Virus record (IMG/VR): IMGVR_UViG_3300044846_005229
Coordinates: 143,986-207,985 of that record
Reading direction: 5' to 3' (one strand)
Length of the DNA: 64,000 bases
Source: a virus
Part shown: piece after piece, positions 55,278 through 63,874 of the stretch
How positions within the stretch are numbered: position 1 is the stretch's first letter
How the letters are laid out: every line of letters begins with the position of its first letter
Translations under genes and position numbers: made by a program
The notes under the pieces: generated by a model
What the model saw: the letters and a program-made list of their open reading frames with translations, nothing else
Told to the model about the DNA's origin: nothing
The model's database searches: none

Positions 55278-55730
55278 TCAAATCCCCATCGAAAGGTGCG
55301 CTTCATCGCGAATCCCCTCAAGGATGACCCCAAGTTTGTTGGCGCCATCTCCGGTCACAACATCAACACCCCAATAAGTGTCTCCCCAAGTGTTGCCTTC
55401 GATTAGCTTTGCGTTCCCTGTTTGTGCTAGGAGGTTTTTTAGATCTGGGTTCTGAAATTTAATGCGTAGTAACTCTTCCATAACTTTGTCTTTTCTAAGT
55501 TCCCACCCTATAGGGTCAAAGTCCTTTAAAATGCCGTTGCGGTTCCCGGCGGCTTTAGCCTCGCTTGGAGACTGCATCTTTGCGATTTGGTGGCGAGTTT
55601 CGGAGTCCTGAGTCTTAGCTGCTTGAAAGGCGTGTTCGACTGTGGGGTATTTGATCCCTTCGTATTCTAGAACGCTCTCATAAAAGTTTGACAGAAAGCT
55701 GAATTGGCCTGAGAATTTGGTAATGGTCAT
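55278..55730 (-). CDS. NADAR-domain (YbiA/DUF1768) protein
   Basis: FSFLSNFYESVLEYEGIKYPTVEHAFQAAK ... EGNTWGDTYWGV matches the NADAR signature. Start moved to MTITKFSG, giving an ATGA overlap with the upstream gene. Confidence 0.75.
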   Translation of the reverse strand: MTITKFSGQFSFLSNFYESVLEYEGIKYPTVEHAFQAAKTQDSETRHQIAKMQSPSEAKAAGNRNGILKDFDPIGWELRKDKVMEELLRIKFQNPDLKNLLAQTGNAKLIEGNTWGDTYWGVDVVTGDGANKLGVILEGIRDEAHLSMGI

Positions 55731-56077
55731 TTGTCTCCGAATTCGATAAACAGATTCATTTCCCAATAGTCAAATTGATCTTGGATGGCGTCCTTCGCTT
55801 CGTTGTATTCTTCCTCGGTAAGGCAGCCGGGGTTCTGATATAGGACCTTCATTCTTTCTAAAGAATTTTGCAGGCCCCGGATATATTCAGATTTGTACTT
55901 GCGTTTTTGGTATTCTTCCAAAGATTCCTTGACGCCGTCAGGCCAATAAATGGTGTCGGTTCGGGAGTCAAATCCTGGTAAGTCTCTGCTGAGGGCTTTG
56001 GAATTTTTAGCGGCTTGCTGATTGCACCATTCTTGTGCCCAGGAGAGTGGGCGAGTTGAGTCTGCTTCGAGTATCAT
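55727..56077 (-). CDS. hypothetical protein (116 aa), operon partner upstream of NADAR
   Basis: ORF track; 4-nt overlaps at both ends. Confidence 0.55.
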   Translation of the reverse strand: MILEADSTRPLSWAQEWCNQQAAKNSKALSRDLPGFDSRTDTIYWPDGVKESLEEYQKRKYKSEYIRGLQNSLERMKVLYQNPGCLTEEEYNEAKDAIQDQFDYWEMNLFIEFGDK

Positions 56078-56298
56078 TCTTTACCGTGAGGGTTGTAGTC
56101 TTTGTCGAGATTACATGTGACCCAGTTGATTTCATCTCGCATACTATACATTCTTCCGGACACAAAACCTCTCAGAAAAGTCTCAAAGGTTGAACCCAAA
56201 CGAATGTCATCTTCGGGGGTTTGTCCCCACATGGTGCGGAAGGCTTCGATTGCTTCCGGCGTGGTTCCGGGCGGATATAGGTAGGTAGTGACTGTCAT
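56074..56298 (-). CDS. hypothetical protein (74 aa), start moved to MTVTTYLYPP
   Basis: 4-nt overlaps with neighbouring genes. Confidence 0.45.
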   Translation of the reverse strand: MTVTTYLYPPGTTPEAIEAFRTMWGQTPEDDIRLGSTFETFLRGFVSGRMYSMRDEINWVTCNLDKDYNPHGKE

Positions 56299-56519
56299 GT
56301 GTTGTGAATGTTGGGGCGATGAATGTAGCAGGTAAGAGCAAGGAGTGTGATGCCGTATGACACCGGGATAGAATTCACAGGGGTTGACATGACCCCTACG
56401 GCCAAGGAAATACAAGCAATCAAACAATGGAAAGCAAAAATAATTGCTAGCTCCAGAGTGGAATTTCTTTGCCTATAACGGCGAATGTGCCAGTTTGCGT
56501 AGCGAATTAGGGGGAGCAT
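56295..56519 (-). CDS. small membrane protein (74 aa)
   Basis: ORF track; two hydrophobic segments. Confidence 0.4.
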   Translation of the reverse strand: MLPLIRYANWHIRRYRQRNSTLELAIIFAFHCLIACISLAVGVMSTPVNSIPVSYGITLLALTCYIHRPNIHNT

Positions 56520-56575
56520 TTTATTTCAGGGATAAACTTTTGGGCATCAGCCAACGGGTCCTTTGGGCACTGGCA

Positions 56576-57667
56576 TCAGCCACTCTTCTTCCCCTTAGAT
56601 AGCAACCACTCATTACTAATGGCCTTAAAGGAAAACTCAGAGTCATTGGACTTGAATACTAAGCCCTCACGTTTAACGTTAGGATTCATGGACGGGCCAT
56701 CGGCGTACGCTAGTAGCTCATCTAGGTTGGCGAAACTATCGGTTACACACATTGCGGGGTGTAGGACAGGGGCATGGGTTAAATCAGCGCCTAATGGAAC
56801 CAGGTACTTGTCCAAGAGGTTCATTCTGGCCCCTGGCTTCATGTAGGTCTGGTTGTCGATATCGAAGATGTCGAACAGATATAGCCGTTGTCCCTTGATT
56901 CCTTCCTGATTGCCCTGGATGCCTTCTCCAAGGGTTTCCGACTGCAAGGCAATACTGTGACCAGTCTTCCCATTGTATGCAAGCATAGCATCGATAATGC
57001 CCTGGTCCCTAGCAGCCTTCCAGAAACTATTGCCTTCGGTTTCCTTGAGATCAAGGTTACGGCTGCAAACCCCAATGTCACCGTCTTTGACGTAAATCGT
57101 ACATGAAGATCCGTCGAGCTTCAGGGTAACTTCGTAGGTCTCATTCCTGTGGGTCTCAAAGATTTCGCTAGCGATATTCTGACAACGTTCCTGGTCTGTC
57201 TTCACAAGGAAGCTCGGGAAGTTGCCTTTTGCAATGCCAGCCAAACAAGCCGGTACAGGAGCCTCCCATTTCTGAATGCCGAGAATTTCGGTTACGTCGT
57301 CTCCTTCCTGAAGGCCCCTCTCAAATGCGGTGACATAGTAACTGAAGTCTACATAGAGCTTTAGAGAAATAGGCAACAGCAACCCTTGGCTGAGTTGCCC
57401 ACGGAGCTTAACGGTCTTGAGACGTTCGCCCTTCACGCCGTTATACTCACGGGGCTCTTTCCCATTAGAAAGGAAGGGCGCCAACTCGTGAGGAATAAAT
57501 GAGTCGGGTTCTGCGTAAATTACCAAATCCCCTACTTCATACTTCCCCACAGAATCCACAACCCACCAGCCATTCACACGGTAGGCACAGATTCTATCGG
57601 CTTCAGGGATGGGGCGAATCTCAGCAATGCGCTGGACAGATGCAAGTTTGCGTTCGATGTTTGCCAT
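56576..57667 (-). CDS. ATP-dependent RNA (or DNA) ligase-family protein, nucleotidyltransferase motif I KLDGSS, with an N-terminal OB-like extension
   Basis: KxDG adenylyltransferase motif in VTLKLDGSSCTIYVK. N-terminal IAEIRPIPEADRI...VNGWWVV...KYEVGDLVIYAEPDSFIP resembles Rnl-family ligases with an N-terminal domain (pattern-level). Confidence 0.65.
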   Translation of the reverse strand: MANIERKLASVQRIAEIRPIPEADRICAYRVNGWWVVDSVGKYEVGDLVIYAEPDSFIPHELAPFLSNGKEPREYNGVKGERLKTVKLRGQLSQGLLLPISLKLYVDFSYYVTAFERGLQEGDDVTEILGIQKWEAPVPACLAGIAKGNFPSFLVKTDQERCQNIASEIFETHRNETYEVTLKLDGSSCTIYVKDGDIGVCSRNLDLKETEGNSFWKAARDQGIIDAMLAYNGKTGHSIALQSETLGEGIQGNQEGIKGQRLYLFDIFDIDNQTYMKPGARMNLLDKYLVPLGADLTHAPVLHPAMCVTDSFANLDELLAYADGPSMNPNVKREGLVFKSNDSEFSFKAISNEWLLSKGKKSG

Positions 57668-57729
57668 GTTGACTTCGGGGTTTGACTTTGGGTGTTAAGT
57701 GGGTGAAAATTTACGAACTAAGTTTATTT

Positions 57730-57999
57730 TCAGATAGGGTTCCTTGGCACTCTACGAATTTCACTATAATGGCCATCATAGCAAACTTCAAAATAGACGT
57801 AGTCCTTTGACCATGCTAGGAACTCCCTACCGCAACTAAACCCGAACCCGAACCCCATTACCTCACCACTCCCCATACTGACGGGGTTATTCATTTCCCG
57901 GTCTGACAGGGAGATTTTCTCAATGTCGTCCAACGTCTCCCCAAATTCAGAAAGAGCTTGTTTGAACCAGTCAAGGTTAGTAATTGTTGATGATTCCAT
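57730..57999 (-). CDS. hypothetical protein (89 aa), start at MESSTITNL
   Basis: ORF track. Confidence 0.45.
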   Translation of the reverse strand: MESSTITNLDWFKQALSEFGETLDDIEKISLSDREMNNPVSMGSGEVMGFGFGFSCGREFLAWSKDYVYFEVCYDGHYSEIRRVPRNPI

Positions 58000-58032
58000 T
58001 GATCTCCTAGAAGTAAATGTCATTGTGGGGTT

Positions 58033-58353
58033 TTACGCCTGGGGGCCATACATAGGGCTAAGAAATGCGCCTAAGTTGCCATCCGGCTGGACTACATCCG
58101 CTACCTTCATAATTGCCCTATGGCAGTCCCGTCTTTGACGAATTCCGCCTAGTTTGTATGCAGATAGGGCGTAAGATTGGGCTAATTCTAGGAACGAATC
58201 CCGGATACCTGGTGGTAACTTTTCAATTTTGTTTCGGGTTTCCTCGGGAATACCCAACCAAAGTGCTTCTAGGTCGGCTTCCGTTTTAGGGTCGGGGATG
58301 GAAATCAGGATGTTGGTCATTGGGGGTGATGGGGATGTGGTGGGATGATGCAA
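58033..58353 (-). CDS. hypothetical protein (106 aa)
   Basis: ORF track. Confidence 0.5.
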   Translation of the reverse strand: MHHPTTSPSPPMTNILISIPDPKTEADLEALWLGIPEETRNKIEKLPPGIRDSFLELAQSYALSAYKLGGIRQRRDCHRAIMKVADVVQPDGNLGAFLSPMYGPQA

Positions 58354-58378
58354 TCATCATAGCACGTTTTCCTGGAGT

Positions 58379-58747
58379 TTATGCCTGGCTAGCCTTAGCA
58401 GCTTCCACAACCTGACGCAACCGGAACACTGTTGCGCGGTCTGGCAAGAGCCTACTGTGCCAATCGTAATTGAGGTCGAAATTAATAATATCCTCCCAAG
58501 TGTAACCATAGGCGAACGGAAAATTACCAACCCAAAGCCTTAAGTCCCCTAACAGGATTGTGCAGACCACTCTACTATTATAACTCCGCTCCAAAATAAG
58601 GCCCGTATCAGGATCATCCAGAAGTTGATTTATTTTTTGAGAGTGAGTTTTAGAAGTCCTATAGTTGCGTATGTATGTTCCAAAATGTGTCCAATAGAGA
58701 ATTTTATCCCTAATACTAGATTCGATAGCAATGTCAGAGATTTTCAT
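58379..58747 (-). CDS. hypothetical protein (122 aa)
   Basis: ORF track; upstream palindrome GAGCGGTTAACCGGCC at about 58838-58855. Confidence 0.5.
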   Translation of the reverse strand: MKISDIAIESSIRDKILYWTHFGTYIRNYRTSKTHSQKINQLLDDPDTGLILERSYNSRVVCTILLGDLRLWVGNFPFAYGYTWEDIINFDLNYDWHSRLLPDRATVFRLRQVVEAAKASQA

Positions 58748-58855
58748 TGTTTGTCTTTTGGTGTTTGTTTTGGTGGGGTTTACGCGGTAAACCTAGCATT
58801 TTCGCCATGCAAAAACAAGGGTGCGAACCGAACCGGCTAGGCCGGTTAACCGCTC

Positions 58856-59749
58856 TCACGCCAATAGTTCCTGGCGGACTTCTTCCCTTAACGCTGCGAT
58901 TTTGCCAAGAGCAGAAGTGTAAGCAGAACGAGAAGTTTTCACGGGTGAAATACCCGACACCACCCTATAAATATCATCAAGGTCGCTAAGCACTTCTCCA
59001 GCATTTTTCAGATTTGGCTTAGTTCTGTGCTTCGCAATGAATAGTTTTACTCCGGTTTCTACTCGCTTCTGGAGCCGTTCCTTTTCGTGCTTGCACTGCT
59101 CTAACGTACCGATGAAAGCATTGGCACGAGAATAATCCATATCGTTAAACCCTAGGTAAATACCATCGATCTGTGCGAATCGAATCCCAGATTGGGTACT
59201 TCCACCCAGAGTGTAGGTTAGCTCACGGGATTCACAATAAGCCTTAAACTCTCGAACCGAAATTGCAAGGCGATCTAGAGAGTATAAGTGTGCCTTAGAG
59301 ACCATTCCGGGTGCGTTCCATAGGCTCCGGATATCAGGATCTCCAGAATTCGTTCTAATCTCAGTCAGTTCGACTGTTACAGGCTCTCTTTCGAATTTGT
59401 CCTCAGTATAAACTGGAGTCCAGGTTTTGAGGAAACGTCTATAGGAGAACTCCTGGTCAAGATCCGAAAAAGAATAACAATCGCTGTACTCGCTGTCTTC
59501 TGTAGCTCCGACTAAAAGCGAACTCTTTTCCGACGTATAGGATTCAACAGATTTAATCTCCCCCTGTTCATCCACGTAATGTGAAATTACGCCAGGGATT
59601 TTTCGGACGCTTTTGATGCTTAATGGGTCTGAAACAACGAAAGTATTTGCACTTACTGGGACCCCGTCTACTTCCAGGCTGCGATAGTCTCTAGTAACAA
59701 GGTAGCTCCCCTCATTAACAAGGTGGATGGCTTTTAGGTTTACGGTCAT
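58856..59749 (-). CDS. hypothetical protein (297 aa), start moved to MTVNLKAIHL
   Basis: Upstream TATACT (about 59810) and palindrome GGGCGGTTAACCGCCC (about 59843-59858). Confidence 0.55.
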   Translation of the reverse strand: MTVNLKAIHLVNEGSYLVTRDYRSLEVDGVPVSANTFVVSDPLSIKSVRKIPGVISHYVDEQGEIKSVESYTSEKSSLLVGATEDSEYSDCYSFSDLDQEFSYRRFLKTWTPVYTEDKFEREPVTVELTEIRTNSGDPDIRSLWNAPGMVSKAHLYSLDRLAISVREFKAYCESRELTYTLGGSTQSGIRFAQIDGIYLGFNDMDYSRANAFIGTLEQCKHEKERLQKRVETGVKLFIAKHRTKPNLKNAGEVLSDLDDIYRVVSGISPVKTSRSAYTSALGKIAALREEVRQELLA

Positions 59750-59890
59750 TGGTTTCGGGTTGGTGTTGTCGGGAGCCCTTGTCCACAATGGTCGGGGCTT
59801 TTCTTCGGAGTTTCCCCAAGTATAGGGCTTTTTCTTTGCTAAGCAAAGGGCGGTTAACCGCCCTCAGGGCAACGCGAAGAGTTGGGGGAT

Positions 59891-60202
59891 TTATTCAACG
59901 TCTAATTTGTATATATTGTTTAAAATAACGCTAACATCAATTTCTTCTTCTGGCTCATCTTCCCCGTCAACCCGAAAGTAATCATAGTAATTCTCTAGAT
60001 ATGTGGCCAAGTCTTCCAGTGCCTCTTCCATCGTATGGAATCCAAACCATTTCGACTCATGGTGTCTTCTCGCAAGGTTCGAAGAAGGATTCAACTGCCA
60101 AGTCCACCGTTCCCACCATTCACCCTCATCTCTTTTCGGAGCGTTGGAAATTGTGAAGGTGTAACCGGGTGGAAAAATATCGTAGAAGCGGTTTAGGTTC
60201 AT
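59891..60202 (-). CDS. hypothetical protein (103 aa)
   Basis: ORF track. Confidence 0.5.
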   Translation of the reverse strand: MNLNRFYDIFPPGYTFTISNAPKRDEGEWWERWTWQLNPSSNLARRHHESKWFGFHTMEEALEDLATYLENYYDYFRVDGEDEPEEEIDVSVILNNIYKLDVE

Positions 60203-60220
60203 TGTTTGTCTTCAGTTACC

Positions 60221-60535
60221 TTACGAGTCAATTACAGGATACAGCAGTTTTAAGGTGTTTTCCGCGCCCCAACTTTGTATTAGGGGCCCACACTTACGTT
60301 CTGTCAGTTTCCGTTTGTCCCTGTTGTAAACCTTAAAGCATTGCACCATAGCGTAACCTGGTGCGCCGGGATGAGGGAAGTATTCCTCAACAATTTCAAA
60401 AAGTTCAAAGTCCAGGTCATCATTTTTAGTAAAGTAGCATATATGTTTCGTCTTTAATGGAGGATCATTAGTGTTTACAAAATAAACATGTGTTTGCTCT
60501 TCGTTATTCTCTGTAACTTGTTTACGGTCAGTCAT
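60221..60535 (-). CDS. hypothetical protein (104 aa)
   Basis: ORF track; upstream TACAAT/TATACT plus palindrome GGGCGGTTAACCGTCC (about 60600-60615). Confidence 0.5.
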   Translation of the reverse strand: MTDRKQVTENNEEQTHVYFVNTNDPPLKTKHICYFTKNDDLDFELFEIVEEYFPHPGAPGYAMVQCFKVYNRDKRKLTERKCGPLIQSWGAENTLKLLYPVIDS

Positions 60536-60658
60536 TGTTAGCGATCAGAAAAGTCGGGAGTATCCAAATAAGTATAGCGGCATTGTAGACCTATGGCAAG
60601 GGCGGTTAACCGTCCTGATCCCCTCTTTTACTTTCTGGGGCCGACCGCAGACCCAAAC

Positions 60659-60871
60659 TTATTGTAAGTCTTGACATCGACTCAAGGTCTTCACGACATC
60701 TTTTAGTTCTAAAATTTCCAGTGAGTCTACCCGTGTGCCACCCCACTCATTAATGTAAACTTTGTGGTGATCCCCGTCATTGTAACAACGGATCGTGGAT
60801 TCCCCCGTCTTTAACCAGTGGGCAGTGTCTTCGAGCCACTCTCCGAATTTTTGCCCCAGGGTTTCAAACAT
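60659..60871 (-). CDS. hypothetical protein (70 aa)
   Basis: ORF track. Confidence 0.5.
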   Translation of the reverse strand: MFETLGQKFGEWLEDTAHWLKTGESTIRCYNDGDHHKVYINEWGGTRVDSLEILELKDVVKTLSRCQDLQ

Positions 60872-60879
60872 AATGGCAA

Positions 60880-61089
60880 CTAGAAGGAATCCAAATCAAT
60901 ACAATCGTCTAAAATCAGTTCCTCAGGTAACAACCCCTTAGCAACAACCTCCTGATGGTCTATGCAACGATCAAAAGCCAAGGGCCTTGCCTTGTAACAA
61001 TCCCATAACAACAGATTCCGAAACCATTCACCCGGTCGCATGTCTAGTTTGGTTGCGATTTCAGGCGTTATCTTCTGGATTGGTATCAC
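60880..61089 (-). CDS. hypothetical protein (69 aa)
   Basis: ORF track; 4-nt overlap with the upstream gene. Confidence 0.5.
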   Translation of the reverse strand: MIPIQKITPEIATKLDMRPGEWFRNLLLWDCYKARPLAFDRCIDHQEVVAKGLLPEELILDDCIDLDSF

Positions 61090-61478
61090 AATGACTGGTT
61101 CAAGAATTTTCTCAGTAGGTCAACCCACAGATTGTCCTTAGGGTCATTAAAGTCAAAGTCAATCTCAACATAACCTAATTTACTACTGGGTAGTATAGCG
61201 TGAAACCATCCTGTTTTTTCTGGGGAAATGTCCAAGCTGGGTTGGAGCCCCGGCAGAAACCATTCCAGGACTAATCCGCCCTCAAACATCTTTATAAATA
61301 AGGTCGGGTAATCCAGCCCAGGAAAATTTTCTTTGTAAAAGTCAAAGAACCAACCTTCAAACCAATCTAGCAACTCGACTGTTGGGGCTTTCCCCTCGCC
61401 ATCCCGCCACCCATCTCGCAATGAGCGGACCCTAAGTAGGTTGGCTTTGAATTTGCTTTCGGTTTTTGCTTCAATCAT
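61086..61478 (-). CDS. hypothetical protein (130 aa)
   Basis: ORF track. Confidence 0.5.
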   Translation of the reverse strand: MIEAKTESKFKANLLRVRSLRDGWRDGEGKAPTVELLDWFEGWFFDFYKENFPGLDYPTLFIKMFEGGLVLEWFLPGLQPSLDISPEKTGWFHAILPSSKLGYVEIDFDFNDPKDNLWVDLLRKFLNQSL

Positions 61479-61653
61479 AGTAGTTTAAGGGGAAGCCAGA
61501 TTCAATCGTCAAGAAATGCAGCCAAAACCAGGGCCAAGTGATGTGGCCGGTAAGTTCCAGACCGATAAACAAAACAGTAAGCAAACCAGAGAATCCAATC
61601 CCTGAAGAAGATGATGATGACATTTGTGTGCGGCGGCGAGAACGGTAGGACAT
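61471..61653 (-). CDS. small membrane protein (60 aa, poly-Ser then TM)
   Basis: ORF track. Confidence 0.35.
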   Translation of the reverse strand: MSYRSRRRTQMSSSSSSGIGFSGLLTVLFIGLELTGHITWPWFWLHFLTIESGFPLNYYD

Positions 61654-61687
61654 TTGGTGTTCTAAGAGGTAAAATCATTTGAAGTTT

Positions 61688-62025
61688 TCAAGTTTTCGGA
61701 CAGGGAGATAATTTGATTTTATCACCGGTGTCCTGCCCCAACCCCAACCTCTTCACTGCTTGAATGATTTCTGCAGTTTTATCGTTGACTTCGGAAAGGC
61801 TGAACCGGCCATCAAACAAGATATCTTGAATCGCGGACTCTAGACTACCCCAAGTTGGGAGGCTACGTGTACTAAGAAAGGACTTTTTTGGGCCCAATCG
61901 TTGTACTCCTGGATAGTTAAATCTGTTTCATTTTTGTAGGGGGAACCCAGATAATTGCCTGAATACTTGAGTAATAACTCGCTCATGTCAAGGGCAATTC
62001 GTTGTAAATCTCTCGTTTTTGTCAT
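61688..62025 (-). CDS. two overlapping ORFs (61840..62025 and 61688..61897) that may be one about 125-aa gene split at a T6/A6 run near 61884-61889
   Basis: 58-nt out-of-frame overlap centred on a homopolymer; both halves have protein-like composition. Confidence 0.3.
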
Positions 62026-62031
62026 CGATTA

Positions 62032-62241
62032 TTACCAACCCTTGAGGGCATCATTTACCCCTTTAATGAAACGTTGGTAATTAGCCTCAGTTTCGGATTC
62101 TGAATCAAAATTCACTTCGACTTTTTCTCCATCTGATAATACGACCCAAACAAACCCTTTCAGGCTGCTGGTGCAGAAGTGATGGGAAACTCTCTTAACA
62201 TCTTTCGCTGATACTGCTTTATTTCCGATTGTGATTAGCAT
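62032..62241 (-). CDS. hypothetical protein (69 aa)
   Basis: ORF track. Confidence 0.5.
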   Translation of the reverse strand: MLITIGNKAVSAKDVKRVSHHFCTSSLKGFVWVVLSDGEKVEVNFDSESETEANYQRFIKGVNDALKGW

Positions 62242-62330
62242 GGTTTTGTGTTTTAGTTAGTTAGTTAAGTGAAGCTTTTTGTCCGTCGGTCTGTTGGTGG
62301 CTAGTCTTCGGTGTTGTTTGGGGGACCGTT

Positions 62331-62666
62331 TTAGGCAACATCACCATTGGTAACATTCCCGATGTCATTAACTTTAAGGCAATTGCCTTGGCATGGGCAT
62401 TCATAGATTTCATTTTCCATGGGTCGCCCAGCTCTGAGGTCACCTATGTAACAACAAGCTTCTCCCATTATGGTTGCCATTTCTGGCATCAACTCATCGT
62501 GATAATCTCCTAAGCAATCTTGAGCGGCTTTACAGGAAGGCAACCAGGACCAAAGATCGAAAGCTCTGTCTTGTCTTTCCTCCAATTGTTTGGAGAACCT
62601 AATTAAATCGTTTTCGAGTGACATTTTGATTGGGTGTAGGGTAGCTAAGGGGGTATGGACCCACAC
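62331..62666 (-). CDS. Cys-containing hypothetical protein (111 aa)
   Basis: ORF track. Confidence 0.5.
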   Translation of the reverse strand: MWVHTPLATLHPIKMSLENDLIRFSKQLEERQDRAFDLWSWLPSCKAAQDCLGDYHDELMPEMATIMGEACCYIGDLRAGRPMENEIYECPCQGNCLKVNDIGNVTNGDVA

Positions 62667-62732
62667 CCAGTATAGGAGACCCTAAGGCAAGTGACTAGTG
62701 GTGAAAACCGAACATGCCACCCTGGCCCATAC

Positions 62733-63029
62733 CTAACTATATTTAGCGGGGGGCACCAGATTTGTCAAATCTGCAGGCAGTAGTTCTATCATATAGATTG
62801 AATTCCGGAGGATAAACGGATTCAGCACAATTGCATTACCTTTTTCATCTTGCAAGGTATATGAGTTATCTTCCTTATGGCATCCATCCCCTAGCTCTTC
62901 CAACTCTGTGGTTAAGACTTCGTACCTCTCCCTGGAATAAGGCTCGTGTCTTGTTGCGATGATTCCGAAATCTTTTGTAATAATTTTTACTCTCATTTTG
63001 CTTGTGGGTGTGGATTCAGTTGTTGTCAA
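62733..63029 (-). CDS. hypothetical protein (98 aa)
   Basis: ORF track; 4-nt overlap with the upstream gene. Confidence 0.5.
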   Translation of the reverse strand: MTTTESTPTSKMRVKIITKDFGIIATRHEPYSRERYEVLTTELEELGDGCHKEDNSYTLQDEKGNAIVLNPFILRNSIYMIELLPADLTNLVPPAKYS

Positions 63030-63874
63030 TCTTCGTCGTTATCGCTGCCATCGGTATCGTACCAGCTATCGTCCCCATCGGTATCATCCTCGATGTCATC
63101 ATCCCCATCGGCATCATCATCACCACCGGTACCGTACCAGCCATCGTCCCCATCGGTATCTTCCTCGATATCGTCATCATCACTACCGGCATCATCATCA
63201 TCATCAGCATCCCTAAGTCTCAAAACTCTGGCTGATCTATAATTGAAGGTCTTGTTGGGGTCCCCACCTAATTTTTTCATCCTGTTATATTGAGCTTCAA
63301 TCTCACCAAATTCTACCATTTTAGCCAACAAGTATAGCCTCTCACAAGAGGAAATAAAAGTAGTGGCCGACCCGCAGAGGTAAGTCAAACGGGCTTCTTC
63401 CATAATTTTTTCTTTATCATCGGGGTTATCATCGAGCCAAACAAGCATCTTTTTATATGCGTCTTTGCTATTCTTGTGCCATATCTTACTAGATGTTTTT
63501 TCCTTCCCTTTCCAAGACGGCGATGGAACTTCTAGCCAATCTGGATATTCCCCTATGAAGCGACTTCGGACGATTCTGGTGATGCTTTGAGTATGCCTGG
63601 CCCCGGAAATTACCCTAATCTCTTCAATCAAGTCCTTGGCATCTTGAAATTCCTTGAATAGCTTTTTAAGACTCCTCATTGCATTAGGGTAGTTATCACT
63701 CCCCATTGCTTCGGTGAAGGCATCAAGCTTTTCTTTGTACCGGGCAAGGAGTTTAAATCTGGATTGTATTACCCTGATAGCATTAATTAGAAGCTTAGTG
63801 TCGGTTAGCTTCATTAGTTCGTCTTGAACTTCAAGGAGATAAGTCCTTGAGTATTTCATATTTTGTAACGTCAT
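63026..63874 (-). CDS. hypothetical protein (282 aa) with a strongly acidic, repetitive C-terminal tail (about 70 aa D/E-rich)
   Basis: ORF track. The tail is encoded by 3-nt-periodic repeats that generate several spurious overlapping ORFs on both strands (62946..63242 etc.). Confidence 0.6.
   Translation of the reverse strand: MTLQNMKYSRTYLLEVQDELMKLTDTKLLINAIRVIQSRFKLLARYKEKLDAFTEAMGSDNYPNAMRSLKKLFKEFQDAKDLIEEIRVISGARHTQSITRIVRSRFIGEYPDWLEVPSPSWKGKEKTSSKIWHKNSKDAYKKMLVWLDDNPDDKEKIMEEARLTYLCGSATTFISSCERLYLLAKMVEFGEIEAQYNRMKKLGGDPNKTFNYRSARVLRLRDADDDDDAGSDDDDIEEDTDGDDGWYGTGGDDDADGDDDIEDDTDGDDSWYDTDGSDNDED

Noticed and set aside
62946-63242. Cluster of four overlapping ORFs (62946..63242 plus, 62959..63216 plus, 63002..63235 plus, 63016..63210 minus)
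   Set aside because: All arise from the 3-nt-periodic acidic-tail-coding repeat of 63026..63874. Products are homopolymeric (poly-Ser, His/Arg/Tyr, Ile/Pro, Met-rich).
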